64,000 bases of DNA, taken from the NCBI GenBank assembly GCA_018657065.1, contig JABHXU010000001.1, forward strand, positions 4,703-68,702, written 5' to 3'. Shown here in pieces: positions 30,446 to 41,500 of the stretch. Each line of letters starts with the position of its first letter. Position 1 is the first letter of the stretch. Made by a program: the position numbers and the translations under genes. Source of the stretch: an archaeon (GTDB lineage Archaea; Nanobdellota; Nanobdellia; Woesearchaeales; GW2011-AR15). The notes under the pieces are model-generated. The model saw nothing but the letters and a program-made list of their open reading frames with translations, did not search any database and was not told the origin of the DNA.

Positions 30446-33127
30446 ATGGATTACTATAAACTTTCAACTAATAAGATATACAAAGAATTAAAGACAGATG
30501 AAAAAGGATTATCAAATAAAGAAGCAAAAGCAAGATTAGAAAAATATGGGTCAAATGAATTAAAACAAAAAAAGCGAATATCACCTTGGAAAATTTTTTT
30601 TGGTCAATTTGCAGATCCTTTGATTTGGATTTTAATGGTTGCTGCAGCAATTTCTTTTTTATTAAATGAACCTGTAGATGCAATAGTTATAGGGATTATT
30701 GTTATTTTAAATGCAATTATTGGTTTTAAACAAGAATATTCAGCAGAAAAAGCTATTGAAGCTCTTAAAAAAATGAGTTCTTTTCATGCTTATGTAATGA
30801 GAGATGGAAAAGAAATTGAGATTGATGCAAAAGATGTTGTCCCTGGAGATATTTTAGTATTAAAAGAAGGAGCAAAAGTTCCTGCTGATGCTAGACTCAT
30901 AAAGGTAAATAATTTTTATACACTTGAAGCTGTTCTTACTGGTGAATCTGAACCTATTTTGAAAAATACAGATATGCTTTCTGGAAATAAAGAATTAGGA
31001 GATCAAAAAAATATGGTTTTTTCTAGTACTGTAATTACAAAAGGAAAAGCTTTAGCTGTTGTTATAAAAACAGGTATGGAAACCGAAATAGGAAAAATTG
31101 CTCAGATGCTTGAAACAACAACAAAAGAATTAACTCCATTACAAAAGAAGATGGATAAATTAGGGCATTTCCTTTCAAAAATGACCCTTGCAATTTGTTT
31201 TATTATTTTTATTGTAGGAGCGGTAAGAAATCCAGAAGTTTTACATACAATAAAGGACTTTGCATTTACTTTTGATTGGTTACTTAAATTTATATTTTCA
31301 ATTAAAGAAAGTTTTCTTGAAGCAGTTGCACTTGCTGTTGCTGCAATTCCTGAAGGGCTACCAGCAGTTGTTACTATAGCTCTAGCTTTAGGAGTTAAAA
31401 GAATGCTTAAAAGACATGCATTAATTCGAAGACTCCCAAGTGTTGAGACTTTAGGATCAACTACAGTTATTTGTTCAGATAAAACAGGTACATTAACTCA
31501 CAATGAAATGACTGTAAAGAAAGTATATGTAGATAATGATATTATTGATGTTACTGGTGCAGGATATGAGCCTATTGGCGAGTTTTCAAAAAACACAGAA
31601 GATTTGGAACTTTTAATGCAAATTGGTGCATTAAACAATGACGCTAAAATTGAGAAAAAAGAAGATGAATGGTCAGTATTTGGAGATCCTACAGAAGCAG
31701 CACTTTTAGTAAGTGCTAGAAAACATGGGATTGATGAAGCATTTATTGAAAGAAATTTAAGAATTGATGAAATACCTTTTGATTCTTCTAGAAAAATGAT
31801 GACTACTCTTCATGAAATAGAAGGTAGAAAATATGTTTATGTAAAAGGAGCACCTGATATACTTCTTTCAAAATGTTCTAAAATTATTGTAAAAGGAGAC
31901 ATTAAGAAAATCTCTTCAACAGATAAGAAAAGAATTCAAAAGATGAATGATGATTTTTCAGGTGATGCATTAAGAGTTTTAGGATTTGCATACAAAGAAA
32001 TTAAAAGAGAGAAAATAGAAGAATGGGAAGAAGATTTAGTGTTTGTTGGATTACAAGGAATGATAGATCCTCCTAGAAAAGAAGTTAAAGATTCTATTGA
32101 GCAATGTAAATCAGCAGGAATTAAAGTAGTAATGATAACAGGAGATTTTATTGGAACTGCAAAAGCTATTGGAAAAGAATTAGGTATTACCGGAAGAGCA
32201 GTTATGGGATCAGAGCTTGAAAAAATTGATCTCGACAAAGAAGTTGAAGATATTGGAATTTATGCAAGAGTTAATCCAGAAGACAAAATGATGATTGTTG
32301 AAGCACTTCAAAAGAAAGGTCACATTGTTGCTATGACTGGAGATGGAGTAAATGATGCACCTGCTCTTAAAAAATCTGATATAGGGATTTCTATGGGTAT
32401 AACAGGTACAGATGTGGCGAAAGAAACTTCTGATATGATATTAACAGATGATAATTTTACTTCAATAGTTAGTGCTGTTGAAGAAGGTAGGGGAGTTTAT
32501 GATAATATAAAAAAATTCTTTGCTTTCTTAATTTCAGGAAACATTGGAGAAGTTTTAATCATATTTTTGGCAATTATATTTGGATGGCCTGTCCCATTAA
32601 CAGCAACTCAATTACTTTTAATTAATTTAGTTACAGATGGATTGCCTGCTGTAGCATTAGGTGCTGATCCGTTTGAACCTAATGCGATGATTAGAAAACC
32701 TAGAAAAAAGGATGAACCTATACATTATGGACTTAATCCCTTTATTATTTGGTATCCAATTATTATGACAACTGTTGTCCTAAGTTTGTTTTATTATACA
32801 TTATCAACAACAAATAATGTTTTAAAAGCGCAAACAGTTGCATTTTTAGCAATATCAATGAGTGAGATGTATCAAGCGTTTGCATCAAGAAGCATAAGAT
32901 ATCCTTCATTTAAAGTTGGATTATTTAAAAATAAATATTTAGTAAAAGCTGTATTGATTTCAGTTCTCGTAACAGTAGGTACTATTTATATACCTTTTAT
33001 GCAGGATATATTTAATACAACTCCAATCCCTTGGCTTGAATTTTTAGGGATTGTAGCATTATCAAGCATAGGTTTTATTTACTTAGAAATAGCTAAAGGA
33101 ATTAAAGCTAAAGCAAGCGAATCTTAA
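30446..33127 (+). CDS. P-type ATPase, type IIA (Ca2+-transporting, SERCA/PMCA-like)
   Basis: Motifs TGES, CSDKTGTLT, MITGD, GDGVNDAPAL; 10 TM helices. Confidence 0.9.
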   Translation: MDYYKLSTNKIYKELKTDEKGLSNKEAKARLEKYGSNELKQKKRISPWKIFFGQFADPLIWILMVAAAISFLLNEPVDAIVIGIIVILNAIIGFKQEYSAEKAIEALKKMSSFHAYVMRDGKEIEIDAKDVVPGDILVLKEGAKVPADARLIKVNNFYTLEAVLTGESEPILKNTDMLSGNKELGDQKNMVFSSTVITKGKALAVVIKTGMETEIGKIAQMLETTTKELTPLQKKMDKLGHFLSKMTLAICFIIFIVGAVRNPEVLHTIKDFAFTFDWLLKFIFSIKESFLEAVALAVAAIPEGLPAVVTIALALGVKRMLKRHALIRRLPSVETLGSTTVICSDKTGTLTHNEMTVKKVYVDNDIIDVTGAGYEPIGEFSKNTEDLELLMQIGALNNDAKIEKKEDEWSVFGDPTEAALLVSARKHGIDEAFIERNLRIDEIPFDSSRKMMTTLHEIEGRKYVYVKGAPDILLSKCSKIIVKGDIKKISSTDKKRIQKMNDDFSGDALRVLGFAYKEIKREKIEEWEEDLVFVGLQGMIDPPRKEVKDSIEQCKSAGIKVVMITGDFIGTAKAIGKELGITGRAVMGSELEKIDLDKEVEDIGIYARVNPEDKMMIVEALQKKGHIVAMTGDGVNDAPALKKSDIGISMGITGTDVAKETSDMILTDDNFTSIVSAVEEGRGVYDNIKKFFAFLISGNIGEVLIIFLAIIFGWPVPLTATQLLLINLVTDGLPAVALGADPFEPNAMIRKPRKKDEPIHYGLNPFIIWYPIIMTTVVLSLFYYTLSTTNNVLKAQTVAFLAISMSEMYQAFASRSIRYPSFKVGLFKNKYLVKAVLISVLVTVGTIYIPFMQDIFNTTPIPWLEFLGIVALSSIGFIYLEIAKGIKAKASES

Positions 33128-33259
33128 TTTTTTTTATTTTTTTATTTAGAATTACTTTTCTAATTAAATAATCTAAACTGCGTAGAAAAAATAATTAATT
33201 ATTTGTCAAGTGATTTTTTAAAACCAGCGAAAATTATAAATTTTCTGGGCATCAAAAAG

Positions 33260-33667
33260 TCATTTGGTGTCCAATGATTTTTTGAAACTCTCAGGAAGAT
33301 CAATAACATATTTTCCATCTCCAAGTTTATAGACAAGAGGTTTTTCTTTAAATAAATTAACTAAATCTAATTCATATTTTCCTGGTTTAACAATTCTAAT
33401 AGATGCTAGATCTAAAACTACTGGAGAATCTTGTTTTTCAGAAATACCGATTAAATCAAAAACATCCTTTTCAATTTGTTTTTTTTCTTTTTTTGTTAAT
33501 TGAACAGAAGCAGATTTGATTTCTTCAAGTTTTTCTTTTTTAACAAAAAAGAATAATTTTCCACCACATTCACAACCCTTAAGAATTTTATCACTACCAT
33601 CTTGATAAAAATTTCCGCATCTTACACATTGGTGTGGCATTTTATTTTTTCCCTTTAACTTATGCAA
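33260..33667 (-). CDS. Zn-ribbon protein of the conserved archaeal Zn-ribbon/DUF2073/GTPase operon
   Basis: N-terminal CVRCG...CECGG zinc ribbon; operon context with the two genes below. Confidence 0.45.
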   Translation of the reverse strand: MHKLKGKNKMPHQCVRCGNFYQDGSDKILKGCECGGKLFFFVKKEKLEEIKSASVQLTKKEKKQIEKDVFDLIGISEKQDSPVVLDLASIRIVKPGKYELDLVNLFKEKPLVYKLGDGKYVIDLPESFKKSLDTK

Positions 33668-33762
33668 ACCACTTGATGTTTTTAATTAAAGTGGTTTTTA
33701 GTATTTTGGTTTCAAACCTTTAATAAAGGCTTGATTGCCGAGTGGCATTTATTTTTTCTTCT

Positions 33763-34185
33763 TTATTTCTTAGATTTTTTTTTACTTGTTTTTTTTGTTG
33801 GTGGAGGTTGTTGATCCTTCATAAGTAATTGAATTTTATCAGGATCTTTTTTTATTTCTTGTATAATATTTGCTGGTCCAATAATTGTGAATCCATTTCT
33901 ATTTCCAAGTAATAATCTAACTAACATAGCATGAATTTGCTTATATAGGCTAGAATCTTTGTCTTGTGGATGAACAACGCCAAGTTCAATTCCAGTGAAC
34001 TTTTCGTCAATATCTTCCATTGTTTTTCTAATTAAATCAGCTTCTTCCTCGTCTCTAAGCCTACCTTCTAATAGGACAATCTTGTCTTGCTTAACAAAGC
34101 TTAACAATTTCTTAATCCTATCATCAGGTTCCAGGTTTGCAATCTGGTTATAGCTGATGAATTGTAAAGTTAACATTAATTTCAA
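33763..34185 (-). CDS. DUF2073-like protein of the same operon (basic C-terminal tail)
   Basis: Size and context match. Confidence 0.4.
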   Translation of the reverse strand: MKLMLTLQFISYNQIANLEPDDRIKKLLSFVKQDKIVLLEGRLRDEEEADLIRKTMEDIDEKFTGIELGVVHPQDKDSSLYKQIHAMLVRLLLGNRNGFTIIGPANIIQEIKKDPDKIQLLMKDQQPPPTKKTSKKKSKK

Positions 34186-34195
34186 CCTCTTTTTA

Positions 34196-34825
34196 TTATG
34201 CCATCTTCAGCAATTCTTCATAAAACTCATCCATATTAGTTCCATACTTTGCTGAAATTCCTACAACTTTATATTGTGGGAATGCGGATTCAATTTTTTT
34301 AATATCTGCTCTTTTTAAATCAATTTTATTTGCAACAAGTAAAACAGGAATGTTTCTAGCTTGCAAATTACCTACAATTGTAATATTTACTTGTGAATAT
34401 GGGTCTTTAGTTGCGTCTAGACATATAATAACTGTGTCCATGTCATCAAGCCACTTAATTGCATCAATAATACCTTTTGTTGCTTCTTTAGCTCTAGACT
34501 TTGCGTCTTTTTCACCCATGTATTTTAAGAAATCTTCATAATCAACTCTAGTAGCAATACCAGGTGTATCAACTAAATTAAATGAAAGTTCTTTTCCTTT
34601 AGATTTAATTGTGATTTCTTCTTTAATTTGGATCTCACGTGTTTCATGAGCAACATTAGAGACTTTTCCCATGTCTTCTCCTAACCAATCTTGACAGATT
34701 CTATTTGCCAAAGTTGTTTTCCCACCATTAGGTGGACCATAGAGTCCTAATCTAATCTTTTTTTTACCCCTAAACAAACTTCGAAAGAATTTATCTATAA
34801 ATTTTTTAAAAATCTCAAATGCCAT
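34196..34825 (-). CDS. Small GTPase (Ras/Era-like P-loop GTPase of the archaeal three-gene operon)
   Basis: G1 GPPNGGKTT, G3 DTPG, G4 NKID. Confidence 0.6.
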   Translation of the reverse strand: MAFEIFKKFIDKFFRSLFRGKKKIRLGLYGPPNGGKTTLANRICQDWLGEDMGKVSNVAHETREIQIKEEITIKSKGKELSFNLVDTPGIATRVDYEDFLKYMGEKDAKSRAKEATKGIIDAIKWLDDMDTVIICLDATKDPYSQVNITIVGNLQARNIPVLLVANKIDLKRADIKKIESAFPQYKVVGISAKYGTNMDEFYEELLKMA

Positions 34826-34860
34826 GCATAGAATAATTTATCCAGGAATATAAAAGCTTT

Positions 34861-35463
34861 TTGGTAAAATTTATATACGTCTTGCAGCTTTCCTTTGATA
34901 TGGGAACTAAATTCTCTGTTCAAAATTTCAAAAAATATCTAACTTTACGGAATTTTTTAATTGCTGGAATCTTTTTTGTAATATATTTAATGTTTTCAAA
35001 TTTAGCTAAAGCTATAGTGTTTATGGCAATTTTTACTCCACTTGGTATGCTTTCTATTAAAACAACAAAATTTATTCCTCATGTTGGAGTTGAAACAGTT
35101 ACTGCAACTTCATTTTTTATGGGATATATGTTTGGTTGGCCTGTTGGTGCATTTTTTGGTTTAATTTTAGGTTCTTATATGTGGGGTAGTGTAGCTGGTT
35201 TTTCTCAGTTCGTTATTTTAATGATTGGTCTTAATGGACAAGTAGCTATTTTAGGTGCTTGGTTTTTCAAATTGGGTTGGGGTTTTCCTATAGCATATAC
35301 TGTTGGAATGGCAATAAGAAATTTTAGTTCATGGGCTCTAGGTATTGCAATGGGTGCAGATCCAGTTTCTAATATAGGTCACACGGTAGCTGATGTTATA
35401 TGGAATATGATTATTTTTTCTCAACTAATGTTTGTTTTATATGATTTAGTAAAATTTATATAA
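34861..35463 (+). CDS. Hypothetical membrane protein (5-6 TM)
   Basis: Hydrophobicity only. Confidence 0.3.
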   Translation: MVKFIYVLQLSFDMGTKFSVQNFKKYLTLRNFLIAGIFFVIYLMFSNLAKAIVFMAIFTPLGMLSIKTTKFIPHVGVETVTATSFFMGYMFGWPVGAFFGLILGSYMWGSVAGFSQFVILMIGLNGQVAILGAWFFKLGWGFPIAYTVGMAIRNFSSWALGIAMGADPVSNIGHTVADVIWNMIIFSQLMFVLYDLVKFI

Positions 35464-35484
35464 CAAAATCACAAGAATCTTTCT

Positions 35485-36033
35485 ATGAAGAAATATAACC
35501 AAGCAATAATAAGCGGAGTTGTTAGTTTAGTTATCTTTGCAATTGTTTTAATTTTATGTAATATTCTTTTAAATTATGTTGACGATCAAATTTTTCATAG
35601 AGTTGTATTATTTTTTAATGCAAATATTATTTTAATAATTCTAATGTCAGCAACATTTGCAATTGCCGAAATTTTTTCTAATACAAATTTTCCAATAAAT
35701 TTACCTGCACCACTATTTTATGCTGGTTCAAGTGTTTTACTTGTAAAATTCATTCTCAAAATTTTTGGGTTACTTGAATTATATTTTTCGTTCAGTATAG
35801 TGTCTGTGTTTGAACCACTAACAAAAACAATTTATCCTATACTCTTTATGGTTGTTGCCCTTTTAGGTTATTTTAGTATTTTACTTGATTTATTAAAAAC
35901 AAAAGTTGGACATAATAAAGAAGAAAAAGAAGATAATAAAGAACACGATAAAATAGAAGAAGTGAAAAAAGAAACAAAAGATAAAAAAGAAGAGATAGTT
36001 AATGAGGATGATTATAAACCTAAGGTTGAGTGA
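35485..36033 (+). CDS. Hypothetical membrane protein with a K/E-rich C-terminal tail
   Basis: Hydrophobicity only. Confidence 0.3.
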   Translation: MKKYNQAIISGVVSLVIFAIVLILCNILLNYVDDQIFHRVVLFFNANIILIILMSATFAIAEIFSNTNFPINLPAPLFYAGSSVLLVKFILKIFGLLELYFSFSIVSVFEPLTKTIYPILFMVVALLGYFSILLDLLKTKVGHNKEEKEDNKEHDKIEEVKKETKDKKEEIVNEDDYKPKVE

Positions 36034-36064
36034 ATTGTTTTGCGTACAACAAGATGAGCTAAAA

Positions 36065-36292
36065 CTAAGATTTACCAATTAAAAATAAAATAAGCACGAT
36101 CAAAAATAACACTGTAAATACTATACCAAACCATTTTGCAAATTTTTTGTAATTTTCTATTTTAGAGTCTACACCTTTGGACCACTTGGCATGACTATCA
36201 AGGCGCTCAATGTTTTCAAAAACATCTGAGTTAAAATTTTCTTTAATCTTTGAATCCTTATTGGTTTTTAACTTATTTGAATTATTTGACAT
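36065..36292 (-). CDS. Possible small tail-anchored membrane protein (start at MSNNSNK; the longer ORF overlaps tRNA-Ser)
   Basis: Single C-terminal TM segment. Confidence 0.2.
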   Translation of the reverse strand: MSNNSNKLKTNKDSKIKENFNSDVFENIERLDSHAKWSKGVDSKIENYKKFAKWFGIVFTVLFLIVLILFLIGKS

Positions 36293-36358
36293 AATGTTAT
36301 TAAAATAAAAGAGATTTAAATAATTTATCAATAAAATTCTGTTAAAAGAAAATAAGAG

Positions 36359-36440
36359 CGCCAGAGCTGGGATTTGAACCCAGAATCCCAAAGGGACAAG
36401 CTTTCCAGGCTTGCGCAATACCGGATTATGCGACCCTGGC
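36359..36440 (-). tRNA. tRNA-Ser (GGA), class II with a long variable arm
   Basis: Reverse complement has acceptor GCCAGGG/CTCTGGC, anticodon arm CAAGC-CTGGAAA-GCTTG, variable arm TCCC-TTT-GGGA, T-arm CTGGG-TTCAAAT-CCCAG, discriminator G. Confidence 0.7.
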
Positions 36441-36577
36441 ACAATGTTTTTTTTTGTGACTAAGCACGTTTTTGTGCGCATGTCGCAAGTGTTTTGTTCA
36501 AACCAAAGAAAATGTTAACCATTTTCAGGGCTTTGAAAACTTTGTTTTCAAAACCTTTGTTAAAAGTTTGGATTTTG

Positions 36578-36594
36578 TGCGACCCTGGCACAAT
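36578..36594. repeat. Duplicate of the tRNA-Ser 5' terminal 12 nt plus 5 nt of 5' flank (tgcgaccctggcacaat); also at 36429-36445 at the gene itself
   Basis: Exact 17/17 match, 19/20 with flanks. Confidence 0.6.
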
Positions 36595-36674
36595 ATTAGC
36601 AAAAGAATTCTGATTTGTTTATAAAAATTGTTATGACAAAAAGATTATAAGGTTGATTTATTTAGGATTTATTT

Positions 36675-37127
36675 ATGGAAAAAGATAGACAACAAAGTGT
36701 TCCAGCTTCTTATTTAATTTTAATTAGACATAATATGGTTTTACTTTTAAAAAGAAAAAATACAGGATATGAAGATGGAAATTATAGTATGGTGGCAGGA
36801 CATGTTGACGCTGGAGAAACTTTTACTGATGCAATAATTAGAGAAGCAAGAGAAGAAGCAGGAATAATTATTGATCCTAAAAAAATTAAAGTCGTTCATG
36901 TTATGCATAGAGATTCAAAAAGTGAAACAAACAATGAACGAGTAGATGTTTATTTTTTAGCAGAAGAATGGGGAGGAAAACTTCAAAACATGGAACCTAG
37001 AAAATGCGAAGAATTAGAATGGTTTGAATTATATGATTTACCAAGTAATACAATTCCTTATATTAAGCACGCAATTGATTGTTTTAATAAAAATATTTTT
37101 TACAGTGAATTTGGTTGGAAAAAATAA
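36675..37127 (+). CDS. Nudix hydrolase
   Basis: Nudix box AGHVDAGETFTDAIIREAREEAGI. Confidence 0.7.
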   Translation: MEKDRQQSVPASYLILIRHNMVLLLKRKNTGYEDGNYSMVAGHVDAGETFTDAIIREAREEAGIIIDPKKIKVVHVMHRDSKSETNNERVDVYFLAEEWGGKLQNMEPRKCEELEWFELYDLPSNTIPYIKHAIDCFNKNIFYSEFGWKK

Positions 37128-37185
37128 TCTTAATTTTTCGAAACTTTTTTATTCTTATTATCTTCAGTTTTAGATAAAGAGGTGT

Positions 37186-38439
37186 ATGTTTATGTCTGAA
37201 ATTACTAAAATTATTGCTAGAGAGGTTTTAGATTCAAGAGGGAATCCAACTGTTGAGGTTGAACTTTTTACAGAAGATTTTTCTACAAGAGCAATTGTTC
37301 CTAGTGGAGCAAGTACAGGAGTTCATGAAGCTGTTGAACTTCGAGATGGTGGGAAAAGATTTGGTGGAAAAGGAGTTATTAATGCAATAACAAATGTTGA
37401 GAGAAGAATTGCACCTCATTTAATAGGTTTAAATGTTAAACAGCAACAATTTATCGATGTTATGATGCAAAGACTTGATGGTACAGATAATAAAGAAAAA
37501 CTAGGTGCTAACGCAATTCTTGCTGTAAGCATGGCAGTATGTAGGGCTGGAGCAAAAGCAAAAAATATGCCTTTACACAAATATATTGGTAGATTAGCGC
37601 AAACAAAAATAAAAATGCCTACACCATTTTTTAATGTTATTAATGGTGGAAAACATGCTGGAAATTCTTTAGATATTCAAGAATTTATGATTGCACCAGT
37701 AGGAGCAAAAACTTTTAAACAAGCAATTAGAATGGGCGCAGAAACATATCATGAATTAAAAAAAATTATTAAAAAAAAGTATGGGGTGGACTCAGTAAAT
37801 GTTGGAGATGAAGGAGGTTTTGCTCCTCCATTAAAAGATAATGAAGCACCATTATTATTACTCGAAGAAGCAATTAAAAAAGCAGGATATAAAGGAAAAA
37901 TAAAAATTGCAATGGACGCAGCAGCTTCTGAATTTTATGATGAAAAACTAGAAAAATATGTTTTTGGACATAAACTAGGTAAAAAAACAAAAATACTAGA
38001 TGGGAAAGAATTAGCATCATACTATATTAAACTTTTAAGAAAATATCCAATAATCTCAATAGAAGATCCCTTTGGTGAAGATGATTGGGAGTCATGGAAT
38101 TATTTAATGAAAAAAGTTGATACACAAATAGTTGGAGATGATTTACTAGTAACTAATGTTCAAAGAATAAAAACAGCATTAGATAAAGAAGCATGTAATG
38201 CATTACTGTTAAAGGTAAATCAAATTGGAACAATTAGTGAAGCAATTCAAGCAGCAAAATTATCTTTAGGAAACAACTGGCAAGTTATGGTTAGTCATCG
38301 ATCAGGTGAAACTGAAGACACATTTATTGCAGATTTAGTTGTTGGACTAGGAACTGGACAGATTAAATCAGGGGCTCCGTGTAGAGGAGAAAGAACTTCT
38401 AAATATAATCAACTATTAAGGATTGAGGAAATGGTTTGA
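37186..38439 (+). CDS. eno: Enolase (phosphopyruvate hydratase)
   Basis: Full-length enolase similarity: [31 protein letters not shown]. Confidence 0.9.
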   Translation: MFMSEITKIIAREVLDSRGNPTVEVELFTEDFSTRAIVPSGASTGVHEAVELRDGGKRFGGKGVINAITNVERRIAPHLIGLNVKQQQFIDVMMQRLDGTDNKEKLGANAILAVSMAVCRAGAKAKNMPLHKYIGRLAQTKIKMPTPFFNVINGGKHAGNSLDIQEFMIAPVGAKTFKQAIRMGAETYHELKKIIKKKYGVDSVNVGDEGGFAPPLKDNEAPLLLLEEAIKKAGYKGKIKIAMDAAASEFYDEKLEKYVFGHKLGKKTKILDGKELASYYIKLLRKYPIISIEDPFGEDDWESWNYLMKKVDTQIVGDDLLVTNVQRIKTALDKEACNALLLKVNQIGTISEAIQAAKLSLGNNWQVMVSHRSGETEDTFIADLVVGLGTGQIKSGAPCRGERTSKYNQLLRIEEMV

Positions 38440-38501
38440 ACAGTAAACTATAAAAACCACCTCTATTGTTGTATATCTATTAGTAAAAGAGGCTATAAAG
38501 T

Positions 38502-41500
38502 TTGACAAGAGTAACAAAATTAGTAATGCAAGGTTTCAAAAGTTTTGCAAAGAAAACAGAGATTGTTTTTGGAGATGATTTTAATTGTATTCTAGGTCCT
38601 AATGGGTCAGGTAAATCTAATGTTTTAGATGCATTATGTTTTGTTTTAGGAAAAAAATCTGCTAAATCTTTAAGAGCTGAAAAATCTGCAAATTTAATTT
38701 ATAATGGTGGTAAAACTAAACAAGCAGCAAAACAAGCTGAAGTTTCTATATATTTTGAAAATCATGATGAAGAATTTCCAGTTGAAGAAAAGGAAGTTAA
38801 ATTAACAAGAATTGTAAAATCAACAGGTGTAAGTACATATAAAATCAATAATAAAACAATGAATAGAATACAAGTTGTTGAGTTACTTAGTAATGCAAGA
38901 ATTAATCCAGATGGTTATAATATTGTACTACAAGGAGATATTGTAAGAATTGTTGAAATGTCTCCACTTGAAAGAAGAAGAATTATTGAAGAAATTGCAG
39001 GAATAAATATTTATGAAGATAAGAAACAAAAAGCTCTGAATGAATTAAATAAAGTTGAAGAAAAATTAAAAGAATCAGATATTATACTTGCAGAGAGACA
39101 AGCATATCTAAGAGAACTTAAAAAAGAAAGAAATCAAGCTATGAAATTTAAAGAGCTTGATGAAAAAATTAAAAGAAATAAAGCAACAAGATTACATGTT
39201 AAAATTAATATTAAAGAAAAGAAAAAGCAAGGAATTGATAAAGACATTAAAGCTAAACAAGAAAGTATTTCTAAGGTTGATAAAGAAATCAAAGAATTAA
39301 AAGAAAGAATTGTGATAATTAAGGAAGACATTAATAAAATTAATAAAGAAATTGAAGAAAAAGGAGATAAAGATCAAATAAGAATTCAAAAAATAATTGA
39401 AGAACTCCGAGTTAATGTTGGAACGAATAAATCAAGAATAAATTCTATTGAAAATGAATTAACAAGAGTGGCTGAAAGAAAAGCTCAATTGCAGCAAAGT
39501 TATGATGAAATAAATGAAAAAATTAAAAGACTTGAATCTGAAAGAATTACATATGAAAAATCAATTAATCAAAAAGAATCTCAGATTAAACAATTAGAAT
39601 CAAAAATTTCAGGTTTTAAATCTAAACATAAATTATCTGATTCAGATAATATTGAAAAAGAAATTGAAGATCTTGATAAAAGAGCAGAAGATAAATTAAA
39701 AGAAATTCAAGACTATAGAGAAACCCAACAAAATTTGCTAAGAGAAAAAGATAAATTTGAATATCAAATTGATAGTGCTGATGAAAAGATAGCTAAAGTT
39801 CTTTCAATTAAAAAAGAACATCAAAGAGAACTTGAGAATTTAACAAAAATTAGACAACAGTTTAAACAAGCAACTCTTGAATTAAATACAAGATTAAATG
39901 CAGATTCAGAGGTTACAGCGCAACTTTCTACTGCACGTTCTAGACTTCTTAAAATTAAAGAAGAATTAGCAAAAAATAGAGCAAAACAAGTAGGTATGAA
40001 AGAAAATTCAAAAGATATAGCAATTCAAAAAATTTTAGAAAGTAAAAATAGAATAAAAGGAATTTTTGGAACAGTTTCAAGTTTAGGACAAGTTAATTCA
40101 GAATATTCACAAGCTTTAGAAGTCGCAGCAGGAGGAAGAATAAAAAGTATAGTTGTTGAATCTGATAAGGTTGCTTCAGAGTGTATCAAACTTTTAAAAC
40201 AAAGTAGACTAGGAGTAGCGTCTTTTTTACCATTAAATAAGATTAGACCAGCTGTGCCTGATCCTAATGTTAGTAAAGTACTAAATTATCCAGGTGTTCA
40301 AGGTAGGGCCGTTGACTTAGTTAAATTTAATCCTAAATACAAGAATGTATTTTCTTATGTTTTTGGAAATACTGTTGTTGTTGAAAATATTGGAGTAGCT
40401 AGAAAAATTGGAGTAGGAACTTTACGTATGGTAACTTTAGACGGAGATTTAACTGAACTTAGTGGTGCTATGCATGGGGGATATAGAAAAAGAACTTCAA
40501 GTCATGGATTTCAAGAAAAAGAATTAGTAACCAAAATTGAAGAATATGAAGCTCAAGAAGCAGATTTAGAAGGAATTGTATCAGATTTAGAAACTAAAAA
40601 AAGAGATAATGAAGAAAGAATAACAAAACTTAGGCATGAAAAAGCAGAACTAGAAGCAGATATAATTAAAATTGAAAAATCTCTTCATTTGGAAGATTCA
40701 GATCTTGATATTTCAAAGAACATGAAAAAAGATCTTAAAGAGCAAATTGAAAAAGTGTCTAAAGAATTAAATGAATTACAATTAAAAATTTCTAAATCAA
40801 ATTCAGAATTAGCTCAAATAAAAATGCAAAAACAGCAATTAAGAGATAAAATTAATGCATTAAAAAATCCTAGATTAATTGCTGAACTAAACACATATGA
40901 ACAAAAAAAGACTGAACTTCGAGAGGAAATTATTAGAATTAAATCAGATATGAAGAATATTGAAGCTCAAATTGAAACAATTATGAAACCTGAGATAACT
41001 AATACTAAAAAGATTTTAAAACAACATGAAAAAGAAGTTGATACATTTACTGAAGAAATAAAACAATTAAAAGCGTTAATTAAAGTTGAAGAAAAAGATC
41101 TTAAAGAAAAAGAAGGAATGCAAAAAGAATTCTATTCAAAATATAAAGCACTATTCAAAAAAAGAGATAGTATTAATGAAGATTTAAACAAAACTGAACA
41201 AAAACAGTATAAAAAAGATGAATCTAGAAGAAATATTGAATTAAGTCTAAATAAGATCTCATTAGACAATGCAAAAATAACTGCAGAACTTGAAGGATTA
41301 CTTGAAGAATTTAAAGAGTATGAAAATGTGCCAATTTTTAAAGATAAAGATGAAGAAAAAATAAAAAGAGAAATTTGGGAATTTGAGCGAATGGTAAATA
41401 ATATGGGAGCAGTTAATATGAGAGCTCTAGAAATTTATGACGCAGTTGAAAAAGAGTATACTTCGGTATTAGATAAAAAAGAATTATTAGTCAAAGAAAG

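Noticed and set aside
36293-36481. N-terminal part of the 138-aa minus-strand ORF
   Set aside because: It overlaps tRNA-Ser(GGA). Only the downstream part from MSNNSNK is kept, as a low-confidence small protein.
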